Part shown: positions 41,637-51,897 of the stretch, piece after piece
How the letters are laid out: each line of letters opens with the position of its first letter
Numbering within the stretch: position 1 is the stretch's first letter
Origin: an uncultured Candidatus Saccharibacteria bacterium
GTDB taxonomy: Bacteria > Patescibacteriota > Minisyncoccia > SW-4-49-11
NCBI GenBank assembly: GCA_964633865.1
Contig: CAZWIJ010000001.1
Coordinates: 2,352-66,351, forward strand
Length of the DNA: 64,000 bases
Direction: 5' to 3'
Notes under the pieces: generated by a model
The model's database searches: none
What the model was told of the DNA's origin: nothing
The model's input: only the letters and a program-made list of their open reading frames with translations
Made by a program: the position numbers and the translations under genes

Positions 41637-42248
41637 ATGTTGATAAAACCAACTAGACAAGAATTATTAAAATTTAAGAAAAAACTTAAAACAGCATCTC
41701 GAGGACATAGACTTTTGAAGGATAAAAGAGATGGGTTAATTCAAAAATTTTTGGCTATCATAAAAGAAGTAGTCACTATAAGAAAAGAAATTAATAAAGA
41801 TTTATTAAAATCAATTGAGCTTTTTTATTATGCAAAAGCTAAAATTTCTAATTTGGAGTTAGATGAAATAGAAGAAAAATCTAATTCTGAAATAAAAGTA
41901 ATAAAAACAGATTCTAACTTTATGGGAGTTAATATTCCAAAGCTTGACTTTAATGTTGAAGGAGACCCATTTAATTATGGTGTTTTGAATATTCCAAAAG
42001 ACTTAGATCAATCAATCCTAACTTTTTATAAAGTCCTGCCTAAATTAATCAAACTGGCTGAACTAGAATATACATCCAAAAAATTAGCTGATGAGATAGA
42101 GAAGACCAGGAGAAGAGTAAATGCTCTTGAATATGTTATTGTTCCCGAGTTAAAAGAAAATATGAGATTTGTAGCTGGAGTATTGGAAGAAAGATCCAGA
42201 CAAGAAAAAGTTACAATTATGAAGGTAAAAGAGATTTTGGGATTGTAG
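41637..42248 (+). CDS. ntpD: V/A-type ATPase subunit D
   Basis: PTRQEL, RGHRLLKDKRD, IEKTRRRVNALE. Confidence 0.94.
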   Translation: MLIKPTRQELLKFKKKLKTASRGHRLLKDKRDGLIQKFLAIIKEVVTIRKEINKDLLKSIELFYYAKAKISNLELDEIEEKSNSEIKVIKTDSNFMGVNIPKLDFNVEGDPFNYGVLNIPKDLDQSILTFYKVLPKLIKLAELEYTSKKLADEIEKTRRRVNALEYVIVPELKENMRFVAGVLEERSRQEKVTIMKVKEILGL

Positions 42249-42252
42249 AAAT

Positions 42253-42284
42253 AAAAAACCTCTTTGAATAAAAATTAAAGAGGC
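42253..42284. terminator. Terminator between convergent genes
   Basis: CCTCTTT...AAAGAGG stem with an A-tract on the left. Confidence 0.5.
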
Positions 42285-42308
42285 AATATATTAATTTAAG
42301 AGTTTAAT

Positions 42309-42932
42309 TTAGATATATAAATCTAATATTTTAATGTCTCCAATTGAACCAGTAACTTTTGATTTCATAAAGCGACTAAATTTATATTTCTTTATGCAAT
42401 AGTTAAAGACATCTAATTTAGTTGTGATATCACAAGGTATTTCTAATTTAAAATTAGAATTTGTATCAAGTTTTTTAGCAAAATTTTTTGAGATTAAAAA
42501 TTCTGCATAGGCATTATCTAATAATACTTTATTTTCATCTGTAAATGGATTTTTAGTTTTGCCTTGAATAAATTGATCAAAAAGTATCTTATTAATTATT
42601 AGGTAGTGAAAAGATACAATATACTCATTAAAAACAAGACCCATTTTTTCACAGAACTCTTTACTCCCTATAAATTCAGAATACTTATTTATCTTAGTTA
42701 AGTGTTCAATAAAATTAATTGCTCTGTCTAAATCTCGAATATAATCTTCTTTTTGATACATAATATATATAGGGCTTTTTACATCACCCAAACCAATTCC
42801 TGGAATAAGTAATTGTCCTAGAACTACTAATTCTCGTTCATTCATACTTAAAATTTTTGGCATTTCACTGTCCAAAAATTTATTAAAAGGTTTTTTTTCT
42901 GAAAAAAGATCAAACTGAATTAAATTAGCCAT
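42309..42932 (-). CDS. Hypothetical protein (orphan, own promoter)
   Basis: 207-aa ORF; minus-strand TTGACA at 42991-42996; QFDLF at the N-terminus. Confidence 0.7.
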   Translation of the reverse strand: MANLIQFDLFSEKKPFNKFLDSEMPKILSMNERELVVLGQLLIPGIGLGDVKSPIYIMYQKEDYIRDLDRAINFIEHLTKINKYSEFIGSKEFCEKMGLVFNEYIVSFHYLIINKILFDQFIQGKTKNPFTDENKVLLDNAYAEFLISKNFAKKLDTNSNFKLEIPCDITTKLDVFNYCIKKYKFSRFMKSKVTGSIGDIKILDLYI

Positions 42933-43131
42933 AAATAACTTATCTCATAAGCTAAGTTTACTGATATAAATTATCATAATAATAAGTTTTTGTCAATATA
43001 GGTTGGCATAAAATTCTGTGCCTATTGATTTTATTGAATTTATAAGGTATAATGCTCTCAAATGAGAAAATATAAAATAAATACTTTAAAATATTGTCTT
43101 AAATTTTGTACAAGTTTTATTTTAATTATAT

Positions 43132-44670
43132 ATGTATTTTTATCAAAATAAACCATCTCAAAGGCCAGCAACTATTTTTCTTGTTATATTTTTTGCTGCT
43201 TTAGGAGGATTTTATTATATATCATTTTTACTTAATCCTAATAATATAGGGAATTTATTACCTTATATTCTTGTTCTGATTGCTGAACTTTTTTTTGTTA
43301 TACAATCATTGATTGTATTTTGGACTATGTTGGTTGGGGAAGAAGACCCTAGAGATTATAAATATTTTGACACTCAAAAGAAAATTATAAAATTGAGTGG
43401 ATTGAAAATAAATAAAAAAATAGCGAAAGTAAATGTTTTTATTACGGTTTATGGAGAACCTTTAGAAGTTATAAAAAAGACTGTTAAATCTGCTAGAGAT
43501 ATGAAAGGTAAGCACCAAACATATATTCTCGATGATGGTAAATCAGATGAAGTGAAAGATTTAGCAAAAAAATTGAAAGTAGAATATATAAGAAGAGATA
43601 ATAATGAAGGAGCTAAAGCTGGAAATATCAATCATGCATTGAGTATTACAGAAAGTGACTTTTTTGTTATATTTGATGCAGATCATGTTCCTAATAAAAA
43701 TTTTTTATTAGAGACTCTTCCTTTTTTTTATGATGATAATCTTGCTTTTGTACAGACACCACAACATTTTGAAGAAATGGCTAATTTTATATCAAAAGGA
43801 AGTGGTTATGCTCAAAGAGTTTTTTATACTTGGATAAATAAAGGTAAAAATAAATTTAATTCGGCCTTTTGTGTAGGAACTAATGTTATATTTAGAACCT
43901 CAATAATAAATGATATGGGAGGTATTTATCAAAAATCTAATTCTGAGGATATATGGACTTCTATTTTGATTCATGAAAAAGGATATAAATCTATATTTAT
44001 TTCTGATATTTTAGCTGAAGGACAAGCTCCAGAAACAACTAAAGCTTATGTAAAACAACAACAAAGATGGGCTACTGGAGGGTTAGAGATATTTTTTAAA
44101 CACAACCCTTTATTTGCTAAATTGTCATTAGATCAAAAAATACAATATCTTAGTACTTCTATGTTTTATTTTAGTGGTGTAGCAAGTTTATTTTTATTTA
44201 TTTTACCTTCAATTTATATATTTTTTGGTTTAATTCCTATACAAAGTGAATTTGGTATTATAGATTGGGCTATCCGATATTCTGTTTTCTACATATTACA
44301 GATTTGTGTGGCATTTTATTTTATGAAAGGATTCCGTTGGGAGACTATGATTGTAGCTTTTGTTTCTTTTCCTATATACCTAAAATCTCTTTGGAATGTA
44401 ATTACAGGGCAAGATGAAAAGTGGAATGTTACCAACCGTAAAGATGAAGATAGTCCTTTTAATTATATTGTTCCTCAAATTGTATTGTTTTTATTTCTTA
44501 TAATCACAACTGTTATAGGTGGGTTTGATTTGTTTTGGTATAGAAATAGTGGGATATTGGCTGCTTTCATTTGGAATTTAATAAATACATTTATATTCGG
44601 GTTCTTTTTATGGATAACATATAAGGAAAAAAGACTTATGTCTATACAAGATAATCAAATAATCAGATAA
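43132..44670 (+). CDS. Processive GT2 glucan synthase (BcsA/CrdS-like, no PilZ)
   Basis: DDG, KAGN, FDAD, QTPQ, FCVGT, SED, QQQRW; flanking TM helices. Confidence 0.9.
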   Translation: MYFYQNKPSQRPATIFLVIFFAALGGFYYISFLLNPNNIGNLLPYILVLIAELFFVIQSLIVFWTMLVGEEDPRDYKYFDTQKKIIKLSGLKINKKIAKVNVFITVYGEPLEVIKKTVKSARDMKGKHQTYILDDGKSDEVKDLAKKLKVEYIRRDNNEGAKAGNINHALSITESDFFVIFDADHVPNKNFLLETLPFFYDDNLAFVQTPQHFEEMANFISKGSGYAQRVFYTWINKGKNKFNSAFCVGTNVIFRTSIINDMGGIYQKSNSEDIWTSILIHEKGYKSIFISDILAEGQAPETTKAYVKQQQRWATGGLEIFFKHNPLFAKLSLDQKIQYLSTSMFYFSGVASLFLFILPSIYIFFGLIPIQSEFGIIDWAIRYSVFYILQICVAFYFMKGFRWETMIVAFVSFPIYLKSLWNVITGQDEKWNVTNRKDEDSPFNYIVPQIVLFLFLIITTVIGGFDLFWYRNSGILAAFIWNLINTFIFGFFLWITYKEKRLMSIQDNQIIR

Positions 44671-44682
44671 TTTTTTAATTTT

Positions 44683-45366
44683 ATGAATAGGAAATCAATT
44701 GTTCAGTTTGCTAAATGGTTTATAGTAGGTACTATGATTACTACTGTAGCTTTATTTTGGAAGTTAGAAAGACAATCTTATATTGTCTCAAGTCAAGGAT
44801 CATTACAGTCTAATTTATATACTATCGGAATAGATTATACTGGCGTTATTCTAAATATATTAGTTAAAGCGGGAGATAGAGTATCTAAAGATCAACCTTT
44901 AGTTGTTTTGAAGAGCTCAACTCTGATTGATAGACTAAATGAATCTAAAATATCAAAAGATGATTTGATTTATGATCTTACTAGTGATAATAATATATTA
45001 TTAAAAGCACAAAATTCAGGTGTGGTAGATAAAGTTTTGTTTACACAAGGGTCATTTATCCCTGCTAACTCAGAGATTTTAAATATTGTAGATGAAGGTT
45101 ATTTTGTTACCGCTAAATTTACAATACCAGAATCTGACTTTTATTTGATAAAAAAAGATATCCCTGCTATTATGTCTATAGGAAATGATACTTATAAAGG
45201 ATCTTTACAAGATTTTGAGATTTTGGAATCTGAAGATTCATTGATTTATATTGAAGCAACAATTATACCTGAAAATGTGCAAGAGTTTCAAGAGTACCGT
45301 ATAGGTAGCCCAATTACAAGTAGATTATTGATAAAATCCAATCCATTTAGAAATTTTTTTAAATAA
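44683..45366 (+). CDS. HlyD/membrane-fusion-like protein (barrel-sandwich hybrid, very short coiled coil)
   Basis: N-terminal TM helix, GV....VKAGDRV.KDQPL and KAQNSGVV.....QGSFI half-motifs. Confidence 0.7.
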   Translation: MNRKSIVQFAKWFIVGTMITTVALFWKLERQSYIVSSQGSLQSNLYTIGIDYTGVILNILVKAGDRVSKDQPLVVLKSSTLIDRLNESKISKDDLIYDLTSDNNILLKAQNSGVVDKVLFTQGSFIPANSEILNIVDEGYFVTAKFTIPESDFYLIKKDIPAIMSIGNDTYKGSLQDFEILESEDSLIYIEATIIPENVQEFQEYRIGSPITSRLLIKSNPFRNFFK

Positions 45367-45387
45367 ATATATTATTATACCACACAT

Positions 45388-47367
45388 ATGAAAAACAAAT
45401 TTTTTATATTTTTAACATTAATTTTTCTAGGAACTATAGTTTATTTAGTTGTTTCTAATAAGGATTATAAGAATGACTTTAGTAGTAATAATAATGAATC
45501 TTATTCTATTGATAAAAGCAATATGCCTGAAAAGATATTTTATACTGAGAAAATTTTTTCAACTTTAACTCCCAAAACTAATAGTTGGATGTCCTCAGCA
45601 TTTTTTAAAAAAGATTCAGAGCCACTATTTGTTTATCCTTATAGTCTTGATTTTACTGAAAAAGGATTTACTTTAAATATCCCTAATATTACATCAACTA
45701 ATAATACAATTTTTGGTTCTCATAATCCAGAAATTGAAATTTCTTTTGGAGAAAATTTAGAAACACATGTTATTGATTATGGAGATATAGATGCTACATT
45801 TGAATTAAGAGACAATTCTCAGAAAAATATAGCACAAATTAGAACTATAAGAGGAGTTCCTTATATTTATATAAAGGTTATTGAAGGGAATAAAATTAGT
45901 ATTAAAGCTAATTCTATAAAAAAAGATGACGATATATTTCAAATAAATAATCTTTTCAGAGTATATAATATAGATAATATTATATCTGAAGACTCAGGGA
46001 ATTTATCTTTTACACCAAATAAAGATCAAAATATAATATTTGGAGCTATTCCAACAAACAAAAAACACTCTTATATTGATAAATATTCAGATACTGTTAT
46101 TTCTGACATATCTGTAGAAACTAGTCTTAGTGATTCTGAAGTGAAAACTAAATATATTTTTGATACTGTAGATAATAAAGAAATATTATTTGGTCAGTTA
46201 AATGATGCCGAACCCATAAATGAGAATATAATTCCAGCAGAAATATCTTATAAAAGTATTAAAGGTAATTTAATAAATTATATAGGAAAAGAATTTGAAT
46301 TTAAAGATAAATTATTTGATCCTATAACCAAATTAGATCCAACAAAATATAATGATGATCAAAAAAATCTTATCAAAGCAGCTCTTTTAGACGATTTGGC
46401 AACAACTAACTTTAAAGATGATACTTATTATGGCGGTAAAACAATGGCACGACAAGCTTATCTGTATGAAATAGCTAGAGATTTTGGTTGGACAGATATA
46501 TACCCCTCAATTATGAATCCTCTAAAAAAAGAATTAACTAGCTGGTTATCTGATAATGGTTCCAGAGGATTCTTCTATGAACCTAATATTAAGACTTTAG
46601 TAGGTGTTCCAAGTTCTTTTGGATCTGAATTAGCTAATGATCATCACTTTCACTATGGATATATAATCTATGCATCATCTGTTATGGCAGAATATGATCA
46701 AGATTTCCTGAATACATATAAGGATAAAATATCTTTGATTTTAGATGATTATGGATCTTTAAAAAGAGACTCTGAAACTTTCCCATATTTGAGAGTATTT
46801 GATCATTATGAATTACATAGTTGGGCTTCAGGTTTCGCTTTGTTTCAAGATGGTAATAATCAAGAATCAACTTCAGAAGCTATAAATAGTTGGTATGCTA
46901 TGTATAGATGGGCACTTTTAACAAAAGATACTGAAAAACAAAATATGGCTAAATGGCTATATTCCCAAGAAATTAATTCAACATTATCTTTTTGGCTTGA
47001 TATAGAAAATATAAAAGAAGATACACTATATGAGGCACCTATTGCAGCTCTTGTTTGGGGAGGTAAGATAGATTATGCAACTTGGTTTAGTGCTACAGAT
47101 GAAGCTAAATTAGCTATACAGTTATTACCTTTAAACTTCGCAACAGAATATTTAAAAGAATATCCATCTATGATAGAAAAAAATATTGATTATATTAAAT
47201 CTAGATCTAGTAGTGGAGAATATACAGAGTTTAACGATCTTTTATTGACTTATGAATCAACCATAAACTCAGATGTAATATCCAAAATTCAGAATATAAA
47301 TTCCTCTAACTTTGATGATGGGAATTCTAAAACAGCATCTCTTGTATGGGCATTACAATTTAAGTAA
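45388..47367 (+). CDS. GH81 endo-beta-1,3-glucanase, membrane-anchored
   Basis: TNSW, DTYYGGK, NDHHFHYGY, HSWASG, GNNQESTSEA, IQLLP. Confidence 0.9.
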   Translation: MKNKFFIFLTLIFLGTIVYLVVSNKDYKNDFSSNNNESYSIDKSNMPEKIFYTEKIFSTLTPKTNSWMSSAFFKKDSEPLFVYPYSLDFTEKGFTLNIPNITSTNNTIFGSHNPEIEISFGENLETHVIDYGDIDATFELRDNSQKNIAQIRTIRGVPYIYIKVIEGNKISIKANSIKKDDDIFQINNLFRVYNIDNIISEDSGNLSFTPNKDQNIIFGAIPTNKKHSYIDKYSDTVISDISVETSLSDSEVKTKYIFDTVDNKEILFGQLNDAEPINENIIPAEISYKSIKGNLINYIGKEFEFKDKLFDPITKLDPTKYNDDQKNLIKAALLDDLATTNFKDDTYYGGKTMARQAYLYEIARDFGWTDIYPSIMNPLKKELTSWLSDNGSRGFFYEPNIKTLVGVPSSFGSELANDHHFHYGYIIYASSVMAEYDQDFLNTYKDKISLILDDYGSLKRDSETFPYLRVFDHYELHSWASGFALFQDGNNQESTSEAINSWYAMYRWALLTKDTEKQNMAKWLYSQEINSTLSFWLDIENIKEDTLYEAPIAALVWGGKIDYATWFSATDEAKLAIQLLPLNFATEYLKEYPSMIEKNIDYIKSRSSSGEYTEFNDLLLTYESTINSDVISKIQNINSSNFDDGNSKTASLVWALQFK

Positions 47368-47437
47368 AAATTTAAAAAATACACAAAAATAAAATTTATG
47401 ATATAATATAGAAGATAAATCTAAAAAATATATTCAT

Positions 47438-48562
47438 ATGAAATTATTATTAATACCAATAGTTATTGCATTAGTAGTATTTATAGCGACTGCTATTACT
47501 TTTGTTTTGCCAAGAACTCTAAATTTAGCTAATAGATCTAATACAACAATTAGTGAAACAGCTTCAGTCAGTAACTTAAAACTAGGAGGAGTTTTAAAAT
47601 CATTTAATAGGGGAGAGACCTTTGATATAAAGGTTAATATTCCAAATCAAGATAAGATGATTTTAGATCAACCTATTCAAAACATGTACTTTGGTGCAGA
47701 TAACAAAACTCTTTATGCCATTACTCCAATTGGAATATATTATTCTAAAAGTAAAGCTGAGAGCTGGGAGTTAGCTTTTGATGCAACAACTTATCCAATA
47801 GATTCATTTCAATTTAATCTTAATAATAATGATGAGATCTATGTAGGAACATCTTTTGGAGGAAAAGCTAGATTAATAAAATATAATATAATAAATAAGA
47901 ATTATGAAGAGTTATATCTAGAAGCTAGTCAAGGAGTTTTGATTAATTATATCTTTCTAGATAAAAATAATACTAATTATATTAAAATAATTTTGACAAG
48001 CGGAGCTACTTTAGTAACAGATAATAATGGATTAGATTGGCGATATGAAGGTGTTTTTCCTGATACAATCCAAAGCATATATATTGATTTCAAGAATCCA
48101 AACAATATTTACTTTTTAGGAGGAACGGGTTTATATAGATCAATAGATGCTGGAAGAAATTTTACACTACTGACTCCAGGAGCTAATCCTGATCCTAGAA
48201 ACAAGAGATATAAATTTACTGTTTATTCTTATGCTGTAAATCCAAACAATAATAATGAGATTTATGTTGGTGGAGTCTCTCAAATATTAAGGTCTATTGA
48301 TGGAGGGGCTACTTGGGAACCAATTAATATTTTGACTCCAAATTCAAATATTTTGATTCGATCAATACAAGTTCATCCTTCCAATTCAAACATTATTTAT
48401 TATTCAGGGGCTTCTGTTCTGTATGTATCTACTAATAGAGGAGCAAATTGGACCCCTCTAGAATTACCCTTAAATTTATATGTCAATAAAATCTTAATAG
48501 ATTCAGAAAACAGTGATATAATATACTTAGGTACAACAGTACCAACGACTAAGAAAAACTAA
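47438..48562 (+). CDS. BNR/Asp-box repeat beta-propeller protein
   Basis: Repeated SxDxGxxW/F motifs; N-terminal anchor. Confidence 0.8.
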   Translation: MKLLLIPIVIALVVFIATAITFVLPRTLNLANRSNTTISETASVSNLKLGGVLKSFNRGETFDIKVNIPNQDKMILDQPIQNMYFGADNKTLYAITPIGIYYSKSKAESWELAFDATTYPIDSFQFNLNNNDEIYVGTSFGGKARLIKYNIINKNYEELYLEASQGVLINYIFLDKNNTNYIKIILTSGATLVTDNNGLDWRYEGVFPDTIQSIYIDFKNPNNIYFLGGTGLYRSIDAGRNFTLLTPGANPDPRNKRYKFTVYSYAVNPNNNNEIYVGGVSQILRSIDGGATWEPINILTPNSNILIRSIQVHPSNSNIIYYSGASVLYVSTNRGANWTPLELPLNLYVNKILIDSENSDIIYLGTTVPTTKKN

Positions 48563-48572
48563 TTATACTATT

Positions 48573-49127
48573 ATGGTAAATTCAACTGAACTAAAAAACT
48601 CATTACAAAAAACGATAGACTCATTTCGTAAAGAGTTATCAGGTTTAAGAACAGGTCAAGCTAGTATAGATTTGGTAGAAGATATTTTGGTAGAGTATTA
48701 TGGAGTACCTACTCCTATGAAGCAAATTGCTGCAATTAGTATCCCAGAGCCAAGAACTATATTAATTACTCCTTGGGATAAATCAGCAATAGCTCCAATA
48801 GAAAAAGCTATCTTAAAAACAACTCATTTAGGAATAAATCCTGTATCTGAAAGTTCTAGTGTTAGATTAAATATTCCTACTCTAACAGAAGAAAGAAGAA
48901 AAATTTTAGTAAAAGAAGCTTCTACTACAACAGAAAAATTTAGAGCAGAAATTAGAGTTATAAGAGATGATTATAGAGGAAAAGTTAAAGATCAATTAAA
49001 GAAGAAAGAAATCTCTGAAGATGAGCAAAAAATTGATTTTGATAATATTGAAAAAATGATTAAGGAATATAACAATGAGTTAGAGGTTATTTTTAAACAG
49101 AAAGAAAAAGATATTTTAGCAATATAG
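48573..49127 (+). CDS. frr: Ribosome recycling factor
   Basis: LRTGQA, VEYYG, PTLTEERRK. Confidence 0.95.
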   Translation: MVNSTELKNSLQKTIDSFRKELSGLRTGQASIDLVEDILVEYYGVPTPMKQIAAISIPEPRTILITPWDKSAIAPIEKAILKTTHLGINPVSESSSVRLNIPTLTEERRKILVKEASTTTEKFRAEIRVIRDDYRGKVKDQLKKKEISEDEQKIDFDNIEKMIKEYNNELEVIFKQKEKDILAI

Positions 49128-49131
49128 TAAT

Positions 49132-50217
49132 ATGGATATATCTACAATTTTGATATTTATTTTGATTTTGTTTGTGGTTGTAATTGGTCATGAGTTTGGT
49201 CATTTTATTGTTGCAAGGTGGTGTGGAGTAAAGGTTGAAGAATTTGGGTTTGGATTACCTCCTAAATTATTTGGATATAAGCCTAAAAAAAGTGATACAG
49301 AATATACTTTTAACTTATTACCTTTAGGAGGATTTGTGAGACTCTTTGGAGAAGAAGGTGAATTTAAAAATGATTCTAGATCATTTGCATCCAAAACAAA
49401 GTTACAAAAAATAGCTATTTTAGTCGCAGGAGTAACTATGAATCTTATAATTGCTATCATAGTATTTACTATTGTTGGTATGATGGGAAGTGTAACACTA
49501 ATAGAAGATACTGATATTGGTAAAGTAAAAGATCCTGCTATATATGTAGTTGATGTTGCAAAAGAATCACCAGCTGGTGAAAAAGAAATTATGTTAGGAG
49601 ATAAAATAATTTCTATTAATGGAACTGTTATATCTAATAACTCTGATTTACTTAATATTATCAATGATAATAAAGGAAAAGAAATTGATTTAGTTCTAGA
49701 AAGACAAGGGGAATCTCTATCTAAAACACTTTTAGCAAGAGAAAATCCACCAGAAGGGCAAGGTTCTATGGGAATAGGTTTTTCTTTAGGAGGATTATTG
49801 AAGCTTAACTTTTGGGATGCTTTTGTTAGTTCACTAACAAGAATATACTTCATTTTTTATATGACATTTTATACTTTGTGGCAATTATTTATTGGTATTT
49901 TTGTTGATACTCAATTACCAGCAGGAGCTAGTTTCACAGGTCCAATTGGAATTGTAAAAGAAGTTGGTAATGCTCAAGCTATGGGAATTTCTTATTTATT
50001 GATGATTACAGGAATGATAAGTACTAGCTTAGCTTTCTTTAATATATTACCTATACCTGCATTAGATGGAGGGAGAATTTTATTTATATTAATAGAAATG
50101 ATAAAAAAATCTCCTATAAATAAAGAATTAGAAGCTAAGTTTCATTTGACAGGGTATCTATTATTAATAGGCTTAATGTTATTTATAACATTTAGAGATA
50201 TAATTAATTTATTTTAG
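49132..50217 (+). CDS. rseP: RIP metalloprotease RseP (M50, PDZ)
   Basis: HEFGH, PLGGFV, PDZ domain, NILPIPALDGG. Confidence 0.93.
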   Translation: MDISTILIFILILFVVVIGHEFGHFIVARWCGVKVEEFGFGLPPKLFGYKPKKSDTEYTFNLLPLGGFVRLFGEEGEFKNDSRSFASKTKLQKIAILVAGVTMNLIIAIIVFTIVGMMGSVTLIEDTDIGKVKDPAIYVVDVAKESPAGEKEIMLGDKIISINGTVISNNSDLLNIINDNKGKEIDLVLERQGESLSKTLLARENPPEGQGSMGIGFSLGGLLKLNFWDAFVSSLTRIYFIFYMTFYTLWQLFIGIFVDTQLPAGASFTGPIGIVKEVGNAQAMGISYLLMITGMISTSLAFFNILPIPALDGGRILFILIEMIKKSPINKELEAKFHLTGYLLLIGLMLFITFRDIINLF

Positions 50218-50219
50218 GA

Positions 50220-51896
50220 ATGAATAGTCTTAGGAGTATAAAATTAGATTTAGAAAATGAATTAAATAAACTATTAGATTTAAATCAAGATATAATTTTT
50301 GAATATCCAATATTTGAATTTGGTGATATTGCTCTTCCTTGTTTTCAATTTTCTGCAAAACTAAAAAAATCTCCTAATGAAATTGCTAATTTTATTAAAG
50401 ATAATTTACTTTTAGATTATATTGAAAAATTTGAGGTAAAAGATGCTTATCTTAATATTTATCTTAAATCTGATATCATATACAATATTTTAAATCATAT
50501 AGAAATACAGCAAGAAGATTCTATCAAGAAAAAAGTTGTGATTGAATTTTGTTCTCCTAATACTAACAAGCCTCTTCATCTTGGTCATCTTCGCAATATA
50601 GCTTTAGGAGAATCTATCTCAGCAATTATAAAATCACAAGGTCATAAAGTTGTAAAGACTCAAATTTTTAATGACAGAGGAATTGCTCTTGCAAAAATGA
50701 TGTTAATTTATGATAAGTTTTATAAGAATAAATCTAATTTAGATTATAATATAAAAAAAGATCATTTCACAGGCAAACTATATACTGAATTTGAACAAAA
50801 AGTTTTTGATAATCCAGAATTTGAACAGGAAGCTCAAGATATTCTGAAGAAATGGGAAGAAAAAGATCCTTATTGGCAGGATATTTGGTTAAAATTAAGA
50901 AATTGGACAGTGCAAGGACAAAGAGAGACTTTTGATAGATTAGGAACAACTTTTGATGAAGAATTATTTGAGTCAGATATTTATCAAGATGGTAAACAAG
51001 AAGTAATTAAAGGGTTAGAGGAAAATATTTTTAAGAAAGATCAAGAAAATGGTTATATTTATGCTGATTTAGAATCATTTGATTTACCTAATAAAATTCT
51101 AATGCGGTCAAATGGTACAAGTCTTTATATTACTCAAGATATTAGTTTATTGAAAAAAAGATTGCAAGGCGAATCAAAATGTTATGGTTTTGATAAAATG
51201 ATTTATATAACAGCATTAGAACAAAATTTACAATTCCAACAGTTATTTGCTATTGTTAATCAATTAGGAATAAAAAATAATGGACTTTATCATATAGGTT
51301 ATGGATTTATGAGAATCCCAGAAGGAAAGATGAGTTCTAGAAAAGGAACGGTTGTTAATATAGATAATTTATTAGATTCTATTGAAAATGAAATATTACA
51401 AGAATATTTTATAGAATCAGATTTGTCATTAGAAGAAAAAACTAAAAGGATAAAAGTTATTGTAAAAGCATCTTATTTATTTTATTTATTACATATTAAT
51501 TCAAAAAAAGATATTGTCTTTGACACAAAGTCTTCAATCAAATTACAAGGAAAAACAGGACCTTATATACTGTATACTGTTGCTAGATTGAATTCAATTT
51601 TAGAAAAATCTAATCCTAAATTAGATAAAGAATATAACTTTGAAACAGAAAAGGAATTAATTATGCAGACTATCAAATTTTGGGAATATAGAGATATGTC
51701 TGCTAAAAATTTTGATCCTTCTATTTTAGCTCAATATTTATATGATTTGTCTGTTATTTTTAATACATATTATCATCAGACTAAGGTTGTGGGAGATAAA
51801 AATGAATTAGCTAAAGCTTATATATTAGAAAAAGTTAATATTATAATAAAATATGGTCTTTCATTATTAAAAATAGAAACATTAGATACAATGTAA
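50220..51896 (+). CDS. argS: Arginyl-tRNA synthetase
   Basis: SPNTNKPLHLGHLRN, KMSSRKG, GPYILY..AR..SIL. Confidence 0.96.
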   Translation: MNSLRSIKLDLENELNKLLDLNQDIIFEYPIFEFGDIALPCFQFSAKLKKSPNEIANFIKDNLLLDYIEKFEVKDAYLNIYLKSDIIYNILNHIEIQQEDSIKKKVVIEFCSPNTNKPLHLGHLRNIALGESISAIIKSQGHKVVKTQIFNDRGIALAKMMLIYDKFYKNKSNLDYNIKKDHFTGKLYTEFEQKVFDNPEFEQEAQDILKKWEEKDPYWQDIWLKLRNWTVQGQRETFDRLGTTFDEELFESDIYQDGKQEVIKGLEENIFKKDQENGYIYADLESFDLPNKILMRSNGTSLYITQDISLLKKRLQGESKCYGFDKMIYITALEQNLQFQQLFAIVNQLGIKNNGLYHIGYGFMRIPEGKMSSRKGTVVNIDNLLDSIENEILQEYFIESDLSLEEKTKRIKVIVKASYLFYLLHINSKKDIVFDTKSSIKLQGKTGPYILYTVARLNSILEKSNPKLDKEYNFETEKELIMQTIKFWEYRDMSAKNFDPSILAQYLYDLSVIFNTYYHQTKVVGDKNELAKAYILEKVNIIIKYGLSLLKIETLDTM

Positions 51897-51897
51897 T

